Shown here: positions 54,536 through 62,994 of the stretch, in pieces
How the letters are laid out: every line of letters starts with the position of its first letter
How positions within the stretch are numbered: the first letter of the stretch is position 1
Origin: an uncultured Chloroflexia bacterium
GTDB taxonomy: Bacteria > Chloroflexota > Anaerolineae > B4-G1 > SLSP01
Length of the DNA: 64,000 nucleotides
Direction of reading: 5' to 3'
Assembly: GCA_963751345.1 (NCBI GenBank)
Contig: CAVVUS010000034.1
Coordinates: 1 to 64,000, forward strand
Position numbers and translations under genes: made by a program
Notes under the pieces: model-generated
The model's database searches: none
What the model was told of the DNA's origin: nothing
Seen by the model: the letters and a program-made list of their open reading frames with translations, nothing else

Positions 54536-55513
54536 ATGACACACCTATGTGGCAAGGGCATATGGCTTGCCCACTCCTACGACCTCGAGCGGGGCGTTGA
54601 ACTCTCAACCCGCATCGGTGGCACCCACCTAATTGTAAAGGTTGGGCATGGGCCGATGTATTTCCCCGAGATCGCCCGGGATATGATACAGCGGGCAAAC
54701 GGGCTTGGGCTTGTTGCCCTGGGGTGGGTCCAACTCACAAGCCGTGCCCCTCAAGACGCTCTCCGTGCGATCGTGGCGGCCTTGAGCCTAGGATACCAGG
54801 CAGTTGTGCTCTTCCTGACGCCGGACACGGTGACGGGCCCTCAGATGCAGATCTTGGCAGAAGCCCTGATCAATGTAGAGATTCCGAAAGACCGGCTCTA
54901 TCTGGCCTCGCCGCCCCTTCCGTACCTGTCGGATCGAGCTCCGCTGGAGGCCCTTGTACCGGTCTGTCAGGGCGGATGGATGCCGCTCTGTTTTTCCACG
55001 TGGTCCGACAGCGCATCCCAGGTCATCGACCAAGATGTGTACCAGGGGTTGGACCAGCTCAGCCTGATCTGGGACAAGGCACCGGATGTCTGTCCGGTGC
55101 TCTCACCACAATACGGAACAAACGGCGGAGAGATCTTGCCGGAAGGTTTCATCCCTTGGGTGGAAGGTATCGCCCGTCACGGCACGGACTTCTTCAGCAT
55201 TTTTCACGCCGCAAACACGGAAAAAGCGCTCTGGCCGATGCTCCAGGCTATCAATGTGGCATGTCTGGAGACGGACGGGCGGGTACCCGTAGAGGACGAA
55301 GGCATCACGATCAATGCGGTCACCGGTGCAGCATCCGTGCCGCAGCCAATCTACATCACGGCAAGGCCAAGTGATTCCGTTTGGGGCATTATCTCGCGCC
55401 ACGGCATGGGCCGCGAGCAATTCTGGACGTGGAATGCCCACTTGTGGGATAGCAGAGGGTTGCCGCGAGACCCCGACTACCTGCAAGCCGGGTGGCGGAT
55501 CCGGGTGAAGTGA
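54536..55513 (+). CDS. Hypothetical protein with a TIM-barrel-like N-terminus and a C-terminal LysM-like domain
   Basis: GKGIWL, LIVKV, LGW N-terminal motifs; C-terminal YITARPSDSVWGII.RHG...DPDYLQAGWRIRV. Confidence 0.55.
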   Translation: MTHLCGKGIWLAHSYDLERGVELSTRIGGTHLIVKVGHGPMYFPEIARDMIQRANGLGLVALGWVQLTSRAPQDALRAIVAALSLGYQAVVLFLTPDTVTGPQMQILAEALINVEIPKDRLYLASPPLPYLSDRAPLEALVPVCQGGWMPLCFSTWSDSASQVIDQDVYQGLDQLSLIWDKAPDVCPVLSPQYGTNGGEILPEGFIPWVEGIARHGTDFFSIFHAANTEKALWPMLQAINVACLETDGRVPVEDEGITINAVTGAASVPQPIYITARPSDSVWGIISRHGMGREQFWTWNAHLWDSRGLPRDPDYLQAGWRIRVK

Positions 55514-55521
55514 GCTGAGCG

Positions 55522-55549
55522 TTGCGACTCACGAGGAATATGGTATAAT
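55522..55549 (+). promoter_or_regulatory. rplS promoter
   Basis: TTGCGA-16-TATAAT with extended -10 TG. Confidence 0.55.
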
Positions 55550-55613
55550 CGCTATTCGCCGCCAGCGAATGGCGGTTTAATTTTGACAAGGTCTCGGGGA
55601 GAGGATAGACAAG

Positions 55614-55970
55614 ATGAACCTGGTCGAATCACTAGAACGCCAGATGGTAAAACCCAATCCGAATGTGCCCGAATTGCACGTCGGTGATACTGTTCGCGTC
55701 CACGTCCGAATTGTCGAGGGTGAGCGAGAGCGCATTCAGCCCTTCCAGGGCACGATCATCCGCCTGCGCAAGGGCAGCACGGTCAACGCAAACTTCACGG
55801 TCCGCCGTGTTGCGTCGCATGGCATCGGCGTCGAGCGCACGTTCCTTCTATTCTCGCCCCGCATCGACCGGGTCGAGGTCATGCGCCACGCCAAGGTCCG
55901 CCGCGCCCAACTGTACTTCCTCCGCGATCGCCGTGGTCGTTCCGCACGCCTCAAGGAACGTCGAGACTAA
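55614..55970 (+). CDS. rplS: 50S ribosomal protein L19
   Basis: GDTVRVHVRIVEGERERIQPFQG, FTVRRV..GIGVERTF, KVRRAQLYFLR. Confidence 0.97.
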   Translation: MNLVESLERQMVKPNPNVPELHVGDTVRVHVRIVEGERERIQPFQGTIIRLRKGSTVNANFTVRRVASHGIGVERTFLLFSPRIDRVEVMRHAKVRRAQLYFLRDRRGRSARLKERRD

Positions 55971-56000
55971 GGACGCCCACTGACATCTCAGGGCAGACCC

Positions 56001-56715
56001 TTGATTGGTATTACCGGGCGGAACGAGACTTCCGCCCGGCTGCTTGCTACCCCGATGCACTCCGTTGGGGCCACGTACACGCGGGCCATTTACCACGCAG
56101 GCGGGACGGCGATCATCATCCCACCCACTCACCCAGGAAGCGGATTGGTCGCGTCTGGTCGAACGGCTCGACGGCCTGCTGCTAAGCGGTGGTGAGGACG
56201 TCGCCCCCGACCGCTATGGGCACGCGCTTGAGCCCTGGACGGGCCGGGTCGATGCAGAGAGAGATGAGGCAGAGCTGGGACTGGTCCAGCGTTGGACGGC
56301 CTCAGGCAAGCCACTTCTGGGCATCTGCCGAGGACACCAGGTCCTCAACGTGGCATTGGGGGGCGTGCTGGTGCAGGATATCATGGCCAATATCGCTGAT
56401 GCGCTCGACCATGCGTATGTCTCCGGGCGTCCGATGGAAGACCCTGTCCACGAGGTGGACATCGAGCCGGATTGCCACCTGAGCAGGATCCTCGGGGGGA
56501 CTCAATTTGCGGTTAACAGCGCCCACCATCAGGCGGTCACCGCACCCGGACGCGACCTGGAGATTGTAGCGCGTGCGCCTGACGGCATTGTAGAGGCGAC
56601 GGAGATCCGCGATCATCCATTCTGCGTCAGCGTGCAGTGGCACCCTGAGGCGATGGTAAAGACCTCCCCTTCAATGCTTCCCCTCTTTGCGGCGTTCGTC
56701 GAAGCCGCGGGGTAA
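56001..56715 (+). CDS. Peptidase C26 / gamma-glutamyl-GABA hydrolase family glutamine amidotransferase (frameshift ~56125; start uncertain)
   Basis: LIGIT, LDGLLLSGGEDV, LGICRGHQ, VNSAHHQ, VQWHPE. Confidence 0.88.
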
Positions 56716-56735
56716 GGTCGCATCCCAGGAAATCA

Positions 56736-56770
56736 AACCGGCGGGGGCTAAGCCCCCGCCGGTTCTTTGT
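56736..56770. terminator. Intrinsic terminator between convergent genes
   Basis: AACCGGCGGGGGC-taa-GCCCCCGCCGGTT followed by CTTTGT. Confidence 0.75.
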
Positions 56771-56787
56771 TGCAGTAAGAACGTCAC

Positions 56788-57042
56788 CTAAGCAGCTTTG
56801 TACGTCTCGTCCGCAGTTTGAAGTGTGATGGGGCGTCCCTGCTTGAAGGACTCCAGTTGTTCCTCCAGCTCGTGTCGTCGACTCTCGGCCGCCGACTTAC
56901 CCTCCTGAACGAGCTCCTCCACACCTTCCCGGATGCGCACCTGGAACTCAGAACCTGATTCCGGAGCGAAGAGCAGCGACAGCATCCCGCCTGTCCAAGC
57001 ACCCAACAGGAAACCGGCCAGAAATACAAAGAACTTCCGCAT
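56788..57042 (-). CDS. YtxH domain protein
   Basis: FLAGFLLGA...LLFAPESGSE..RI; GGAGG RBS; TTGCGT-16-TATAAT upstream. Confidence 0.85.
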   Translation of the reverse strand: MRKFFVFLAGFLLGAWTGGMLSLLFAPESGSEFQVRIREGVEELVQEGKSAAESRRHELEEQLESFKQGRPITLQTADETYKAA

Positions 57043-57128
57043 GGTTGCACCTCCCCTAATCGTTCAACCGATATCTTCATTATACGCCGAAGCCGTGCAT
57101 ACGCAACGATCTGCGCATTACAGTTGTC

Positions 57129-58038
57129 CTATTCCGAAGGTGTGACGGTTGGCGTCAGCGTCGTTGTCGCCTCCAGCGTAGGTTCCGGCTCCTCCCAGAG
57201 CACGAGAGATCGCGAGACCCAGCCCGTACCCTCGTCCGGCGGACACGGTTCCACCTGGACCGTCAGGATCGGAAGCCCCCCGGGTGTGTCAACGTAGAGA
57301 TTGTAGGAACGCCCGGGTGCCACCCCGAAATCGGCATAGCCAAGTCCCTTCTCGGGACGGAGGCCGGTGATAGCGCGATCGGCGCCGTTGTCCCAGATCA
57401 ACCAGACCTCGCGCATCGGAAGGCCCACCTGTTCCTGGACCTGTCGCCCCCGAACCGTCACCGTGCGCGAGACCTCGACGGAGACGGCGATGATCGGCTC
57501 GGTATCGCACGTCAAGGTCTGGGAGACGATGCGGTAGGGCGGAGGGACCAGCGCCGAGCGGCGTCGGCGTCGCCGTTGGCGTCGCACGCGGCGTCAGAGT
57601 TGGAGCCGGCGTCGGGCGCACCGGCGTTAGGGTGGGAAGCACCGGTGGCGGGGCAATCGGCGACGCGATGAGATCGGCGCCATCCTGGCTGAAGAGCGCC
57701 ACACCCGGTCCGGAGGCGCCGTAAGCCGAGGCCAGCCGTGCGATACGTTGGAGGATTTGCACGGGTTGCCCCTGCGCGGTCGCCCTATCCAGCACATCGG
57801 CGGCGACAGCCCCTACTTCATCGGTGGACAAGTTGAGCAGCCGAATCTGCGTCCGCTCCCAATTGTCCTCGACGCCGTAACTCCAGGCAGTCATCCGTAT
57901 CCATTCCTGTCGATATCCCAAATCAAGCATGGGCGGATAGGTATCGACGTATTCGAGCGGCGCGATAAACCAGGTGAAGATCAGGCCACCCACGAAGCCC
58001 AGCAGGAGCCCAACGATGACAACGCCCCAGGCTTTCAA
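57129..58038 (-). CDS. Hypothetical membrane-anchored protein with Pro/Thr linker (frameshift ~57555)
   Basis: N-terminal TM, helical domain similar to the neighbouring gene, PT-rich linker, C-terminal beta domain with KGLGYADF. Confidence 0.55.
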
Positions 58039-58403
58039 CCTGACCCTCCGACAAGGTAGGGGGCCATCTCGGGGGTATCGACGCCTATGGCGCGCGCCAA
58101 TCGGGCAAAGGGTGTGATGAGATCAGCATTCCGACCCTCGTGGATCCACTGCGTGGTCACATCGACCAGAGGCGCTGTGTAGGGGTCGCCACCCAACGCG
58201 CGAAGTCGTTCCTGAGCCAGAGCGAGATCGCCATCCGCGCTGTAGGAGACCGCGACCAGTCGCAGGTACTCGGTTCGATAGTCGGCGCGCATCGACGCAG
58301 GCGTGACCGCCTGTCGTTGCATGGGGAAAAGAACCCAACCCACCAGCATCGCCAGGCCAATGCCGGCAGCAATCCCAATGAGGAAACCAGCAAGTCGCTT
58401 CAT
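58035..58403 (-). CDS. Hypothetical membrane protein
   Basis: MKRLAGFLIGIAAGIGL TM, P.SMRADYRTEYLRLVA.SY; paralogous to the N-terminus of the downstream gene. Confidence 0.6.
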   Translation of the reverse strand: MKRLAGFLIGIAAGIGLAMLVGWVLFPMQRQAVTPASMRADYRTEYLRLVAVSYSADGDLALAQERLRALGGDPYTAPLVDVTTQWIHEGRNADLITPFARLARAIGVDTPEMAPYLVGGSG

Positions 58404-58472
58404 GGTCGGGAGCCATCTTACATCGGAAGGCACAAAGGGCAAAGAGGAAGAGCTCTGAGCTCTCTTGTTCTA

Positions 58473-58614
58473 TTGACGCGACGGCGCAGAATCCCTATAA
58501 TGAAGGTAAGGCGGGCCTCTCAGGACAGGGCAAACAGGCAAGCCGCTACGATGGGGCTGCTAAGTCAGTCGGAGTATCCGACTACCCGGATAAGTTCTGA
58601 GAGGTCTTTCTTTG
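58473..58614 (+). ncRNA. Candidate structured small non-coding RNA with its own promoter
   Basis: TTGACG-17-TATAAT; 12-bp terminal helix 58514-58525/58595-58606; internal hairpin 58567-58583; T-rich tail; no plus-strand gene follows. Confidence 0.5.
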
Positions 58615-58615
58615 T

Positions 58616-60472
58616 CTAGGGCACAGCAGGCGTATCGCAAACTCCGCAGATCACGACGAGCGGCAGATAGAACCGGTGGTCCAGGTCGGCGATAGGGTCA
58701 AGCACGACATCCAGCGTGGTCGTCGTTCCGGCGCTCACAGAAATACCCTCTGAAATGACGGGGGTGTACCCCAAGAGTGATGCCGTGACGGTGTAAGTCC
58801 CCGAAACCAGCGACAGCGAATAGAGTCCTTCGGTGCCGGAGAGTGTCTCCAACACGTCGCCTTGGGCCGACGATGCCTGGACCACAGCGCCGTTCAGCGC
58901 ATTTCCCTGCTGATTGCTCACGTGCCCCGCCAACGTCCCCATCAGGGCGCTCCCCACGGCGGTCAGAGCATCCACCCGCCCCCATCCGTAGACGTTGTTG
59001 GGAACTGCACCGGCGGCATCCCCGCACAGCGGAGACGTGCGCGTCACCGCGGTCGCGTTGAGCAAGGCCTCGATCGCCGCGGGCTGGCCCCGGAGATCCG
59101 GCCTCGCTGACAGAAGCAGCGCCACCGCGCCGGCGACGTGCGGTGAGGCCATCGACGTGCCACTCTTGTAACCGTACAGGCCGCCGGGCAGACTCGATCG
59201 AACGTTGACGCCTGGCGCGGTGATATCCGGTTTCGTCAGGCCGGTCGTCGTGCCCCGGCTGCTGAAAGACGCAATCGTGTCGCTGGCATCGGTCGCCCCA
59301 ATCGTGTAGGTCGCATCATACATTCCGGGCGGAGCAGCGACGGTGCCGCAAGCCGGACCCGTGTTTCCGGCCGAGGCAACGACCAGAATGCCCGCGGCCC
59401 GGACCGCATTCACCGTCTGCTCCAGCAGCGCGATGTGGTCCGCATCGCAGCCTTCGGATGGCGGGCAGCTCCACGAGTTGCTGATCACGTCAGGCGCCAG
59501 AGTAGCGTCGCGCATCGTGGTATCATTGCCGACCGGATACGGTGCCAGGAAGAACTCAAAACACTCGATATAGCTCGCGGGGGTGCCGACCCCCTGCAGC
59601 ATATTGCGGCAGCCGATCCACTCGGCGCCGGGGGCAACGCCGATCTGGTTGCCCGCGCCGTCATCTCCCACCATGGTGCCCATCGTATGGGTGCCGTGGC
59701 CATCATCATCACACGGCACCGGACTGTCCGGCGGGCAGACGCCGCCGATCGTGTGAATAGCGTCGTGCCAGTTGTAATCGTGGCTCGCCGACACGCCATC
59801 CCACCCGCGATACTGGGCCTTCAACGCCGGATGATCCCATTGGTACCCGGTATCTTGCCCGGCCACCACGACACCCTCGCCGTGGAACCCCAGGTCCCAA
59901 ACCTGCGGGGCACCGATCTGCTGAACGCCCCACTCGACGGCATCTGCCGCTTGCGGCCCCGGCGCGAGATCGCGCGGCGTGGACGGTGGCAGGTCAGACG
60001 ACACGCGGGGATTCGTCATCACCCGGCCCACTTCCGGGCGGCGGGCAAGCTCGGTAAGCAAAGCACGGTCGCCACGAACGAGCATCGCGTTGACGATATA
60101 GTACGATCGGTAGGTGATGCCACGACCGTCGAGCCAGGCCCGGAGGGCTTGCTGCGACGTCTGCGCCGTGGCGTACAGAGCGTCTGAGACGGCAGTACGA
60201 TCGGGCGTCCTGGTCGTCTGCGTCGAGACGGTCTCCAGCGCGACTTGCTCCCGCAGCACGACGAGCAGCTCGGTCGACGCGCCGCTTTCCGTCTCCAGCC
60301 AGGCCTCGCCGGTGACCGCGGCCGGCCGCCCCGGATCCGCTTTCAGGGCAGATTGCCATCCCTCCTGCGCTCGAACGGCGCCAAGTGGGGCGCAGAGCAA
60401 GGCACAGAGAAGCGCCGAGAGCAGGACACGGCGCAGGCCGTGTCTCAACGTGGTCGAGCGTCGTTCGGTCAT
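58616..60472 (-). CDS. Secreted S8 subtilisin-like serine peptidase (bacillopeptidase F-like) with a carboxypeptidase-regulatory-like domain
   Basis: Signal peptide; QDTG, HGTHTMG, SAGN, SGTSMASPHVAG catalytic motifs. Confidence 0.92.
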   Translation of the reverse strand: MTERRSTTLRHGLRRVLLSALLCALLCAPLGAVRAQEGWQSALKADPGRPAAVTGEAWLETESGASTELLVVLREQVALETVSTQTTRTPDRTAVSDALYATAQTSQQALRAWLDGRGITYRSYYIVNAMLVRGDRALLTELARRPEVGRVMTNPRVSSDLPPSTPRDLAPGPQAADAVEWGVQQIGAPQVWDLGFHGEGVVVAGQDTGYQWDHPALKAQYRGWDGVSASHDYNWHDAIHTIGGVCPPDSPVPCDDDGHGTHTMGTMVGDDGAGNQIGVAPGAEWIGCRNMLQGVGTPASYIECFEFFLAPYPVGNDTTMRDATLAPDVISNSWSCPPSEGCDADHIALLEQTVNAVRAAGILVVASAGNTGPACGTVAAPPGMYDATYTIGATDASDTIASFSSRGTTTGLTKPDITAPGVNVRSSLPGGLYGYKSGTSMASPHVAGAVALLLSARPDLRGQPAAIEALLNATAVTRTSPLCGDAAGAVPNNVYGWGRVDALTAVGSALMGTLAGHVSNQQGNALNGAVVQASSAQGDVLETLSGTEGLYSLSLVSGTYTVTASLLGYTPVISEGISVSAGTTTTLDVVLDPIADLDHRFYLPLVVICGVCDTPAVP

Positions 60473-62104
60473 GGACCACGCACCACAAGGGGCAGGTAAG
60501 TCGACGTCCACACCCTGACGAAAGCTGCCGAGAACGGCCCCCAGGCGCCGCCGGCATCCATGCCCCTGACGAAAACAAGGTGGCGCCCGAATGCTGCTCC
60601 TTCGGACGGCACCGTCACGGTGAAGACGGCTCCGGCAGATTCCGCCGCGGTGTCGAAGACACCGTCAGTCGCCGACAGTGAGTATGCCACACCTCCTTGC
60701 CAGGGCGGCACGTCGAAGTAGGCCTCGGCCCCGGCGATGGTCTGCCCACCGTTCTCCCGGTCATCAATCTGTGCCGTAACCGTGACGACAAGCGACGCCG
60801 TGGCAAGGTCGGCGTCGGTAGCGACCTGCAGCGCATCGGGACCGGCGGGGGTCAGGTACGGTGTCCGGGCGACCTTCGCTGCATAGAGAAGCGCGTCCAG
60901 ATTCGGCTGGACCAAGGCATCGTAGCGGCTGCACAGAGGGATAGAATCCATCCGATGCGCTGCCAATCTCGAAAGTATAGGCTGCGACGCCCAGTTCGCC
61001 GTAAGCGAAGTCATCCGTCGTGCCGGTTGTGGGATAGAGGCCGATCGCCTGCTCAGGGACATAACCATTGAACGACGCCAGCTTCTGCCCCAACCGGGCA
61101 AGCTGATCGGCATTCGGCGCCGCGTCATAGGTGTGGCCCCAGGGCCAGAGCACCAGATTGCTGTAGCTGTGGAGTGTGATGAAAATCCCCGTCGCATCGT
61201 CGGGCGCCGGCGCATCCGCGGCGGGCAGTCGCTGATCGGGGAACAACGTCCGAATCAACGCCTCGATGGCCTGCGTCTCCGTCTCCGAGGTCGCAGAAGG
61301 GCCCTGATAGGTCTCGCCGCACGGCTCGGGACTCGCGCCACCCCACTGGAAGCTCGAGTTTCGATTGAGGTCGATCCCAAAGGACGTGCCACCGCATAGG
61401 CCGTACGTGGGATTGGCATTCTTGCGCCAGTAAGCCCAGGGCCATCCGGCCTCATTGCGAATGTGGCCATCGGGGTTGGCACTCACCATCACCTCGATGC
61501 GGTGATGATCGAGCAGCCAGGTTACGTCGGGGTCAATGCCGTAGCCCTCCAGCATGACCTTGGCAAACTCCAACGCGGTCTCGGACGTGATCAGCTCCCT
61601 GCCGTGGATATTGGCCATCAAGAAGAAGACCGGTTTGTCGAGACCCGTCGCCTTGTTGGTGAGCCGCAGCACGTAGAGCGGGCGATTCTCGTAGCTATCG
61701 CCGACGTCTTGTAGCTCCGCCAGCGTGGGATAGGTCATCGCCCAGGTATTGAGCTGGGCATAGATCTCATCCACCGTATGGTAGCAGGGATACGCAGGGA
61801 TCGTCGCCGGTTGCGCTGATGCTTGGCTTACAGCCCCGACACCGAAGCCCTGCTCCGCGAGCCAGGTGGCATCCGCCGGCGTGATCCGCGCGACCACGGT
61901 GCCACTTGCGTCGCCACCGGGCACCGCGTAGTGCACTTCCCAGATGTCGAGACGGCCGGCCAACTGTGCCAACTCGGATCGCGAGGTGAAAGCGATCGTG
62001 ACGGTGACATCCCCGCCGGCCAGGACGACCGGGGAGCGCCCGAAGATCAGAAGCACCCATAGGGCAACGATCATCGAAGTGCGGAACCGCTGCGGATCTT
62101 TCAT
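60469..62104 (-). CDS. Secreted M14 zinc carboxypeptidase (carboxypeptidase T-like; frameshift ~60935)
   Basis: Signal peptide; IHGRE, NPDG, WRKN, GIDLNRN, TLHSY, FEIG; C-terminal Ig-like domain. Confidence 0.88.
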
Positions 62105-62195
62105 ACGCCCGCAACCGGGGATTCTACGTGGGATCGAGGAATGTAACCTTCAGCCACACACCCGGGCAGATCGTGACACCACAAGGCACACCCCG

Positions 62196-62882
62196 CTAGC
62201 TTCGGATGGAGCTCAGACGATACCCTACGCCCCGCTCCGTTATCAACTCGAAAGGCGCACGCGCTTGTGCCAATGCTTTCCGAAGCCAATGAATGTGTAC
62301 GTCCAGTGTCCGCGTGTCACCCACATAGTCGGTTCCCCAGACCTGTCTCATCAACTCTCCGCGGGAGATCACCCGGTCCGGCGACTCCAGAAAGGCCAGA
62401 GCGAGCGCCGTCTGCTGGGGTGTGAGCGGGATCTGATGCACGCCCCATATGAGGAACCGGTTCGCGGTGTCCAGACCGAGCCCTTGCCACTCGAAAGTCT
62501 CCGACAGGCCCGGCGAGATCGCACGGCTCAAGCGCCGCATAAGCTGCTGACTCGTAAAAGGATGGCGGAGGTAGCCATTGGCTCGCGGCATCTGGTCGAG
62601 GCGCATGCCCTTTCCCAACAGAAGCAAGGTCGCGACACGCACGGGCAGCTCGTTGAGACTGTCGTAGAAACGATCGAGGTCGAACCGGATGGAGGGCACA
62701 TCGATGAGGGCCAAATCAGGGGGGTTCTCTTCGATCTGTTGCAAGGCCTCCCGGCGCAACGATACGACCGTCACTTCATAGCGAGGCTCCAGGCTCGGAC
62801 GTATTCGCCGCTCTACCGACCGCAACGCGACGATGAAGAGGATCCGCTGACGACCCACGATCTCACTCCTTGATATTGACAC
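62196..62882 (-). CDS. OmpR/PhoB-type winged-helix regulator with an atypical receiver domain
   Basis: LTPQQ, VISRGELMRQVWG, RTLDVHIHWLRK, ITERGVGY; start may be the GTG near 62858. Confidence 0.85.
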   Translation of the reverse strand: MSISRSEIVGRQRILFIVALRSVERRIRPSLEPRYEVTVVSLRREALQQIEENPPDLALIDVPSIRFDLDRFYDSLNELPVRVATLLLLGKGMRLDQMPRANGYLRHPFTSQQLMRRLSRAISPGLSETFEWQGLGLDTANRFLIWGVHQIPLTPQQTALALAFLESPDRVISRGELMRQVWGTDYVGDTRTLDVHIHWLRKALAQARAPFELITERGVGYRLSSIRS

Positions 62883-62994
62883 GTTCCAGATCGGCCGAGG
62901 GGTACATTTACAGTATACTGGGGAGCATTATGAAGGCAAACGGCAACATGAGGAGTGTGAGCCTCCTTGTGCGGCGAATGTGAGGAGTGGATTC

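Noticed and set aside
58525-58595. c-di-GMP-I riboswitch or SRP RNA identity for the candidate RNA
   Set aside because: ACAGGGCAAAC is present but the GAAA-capped P2 and GCAAA junction are missing, there is no downstream gene on that strand, and the SRP CAGG..GGAA..AGCAG motif is absent.
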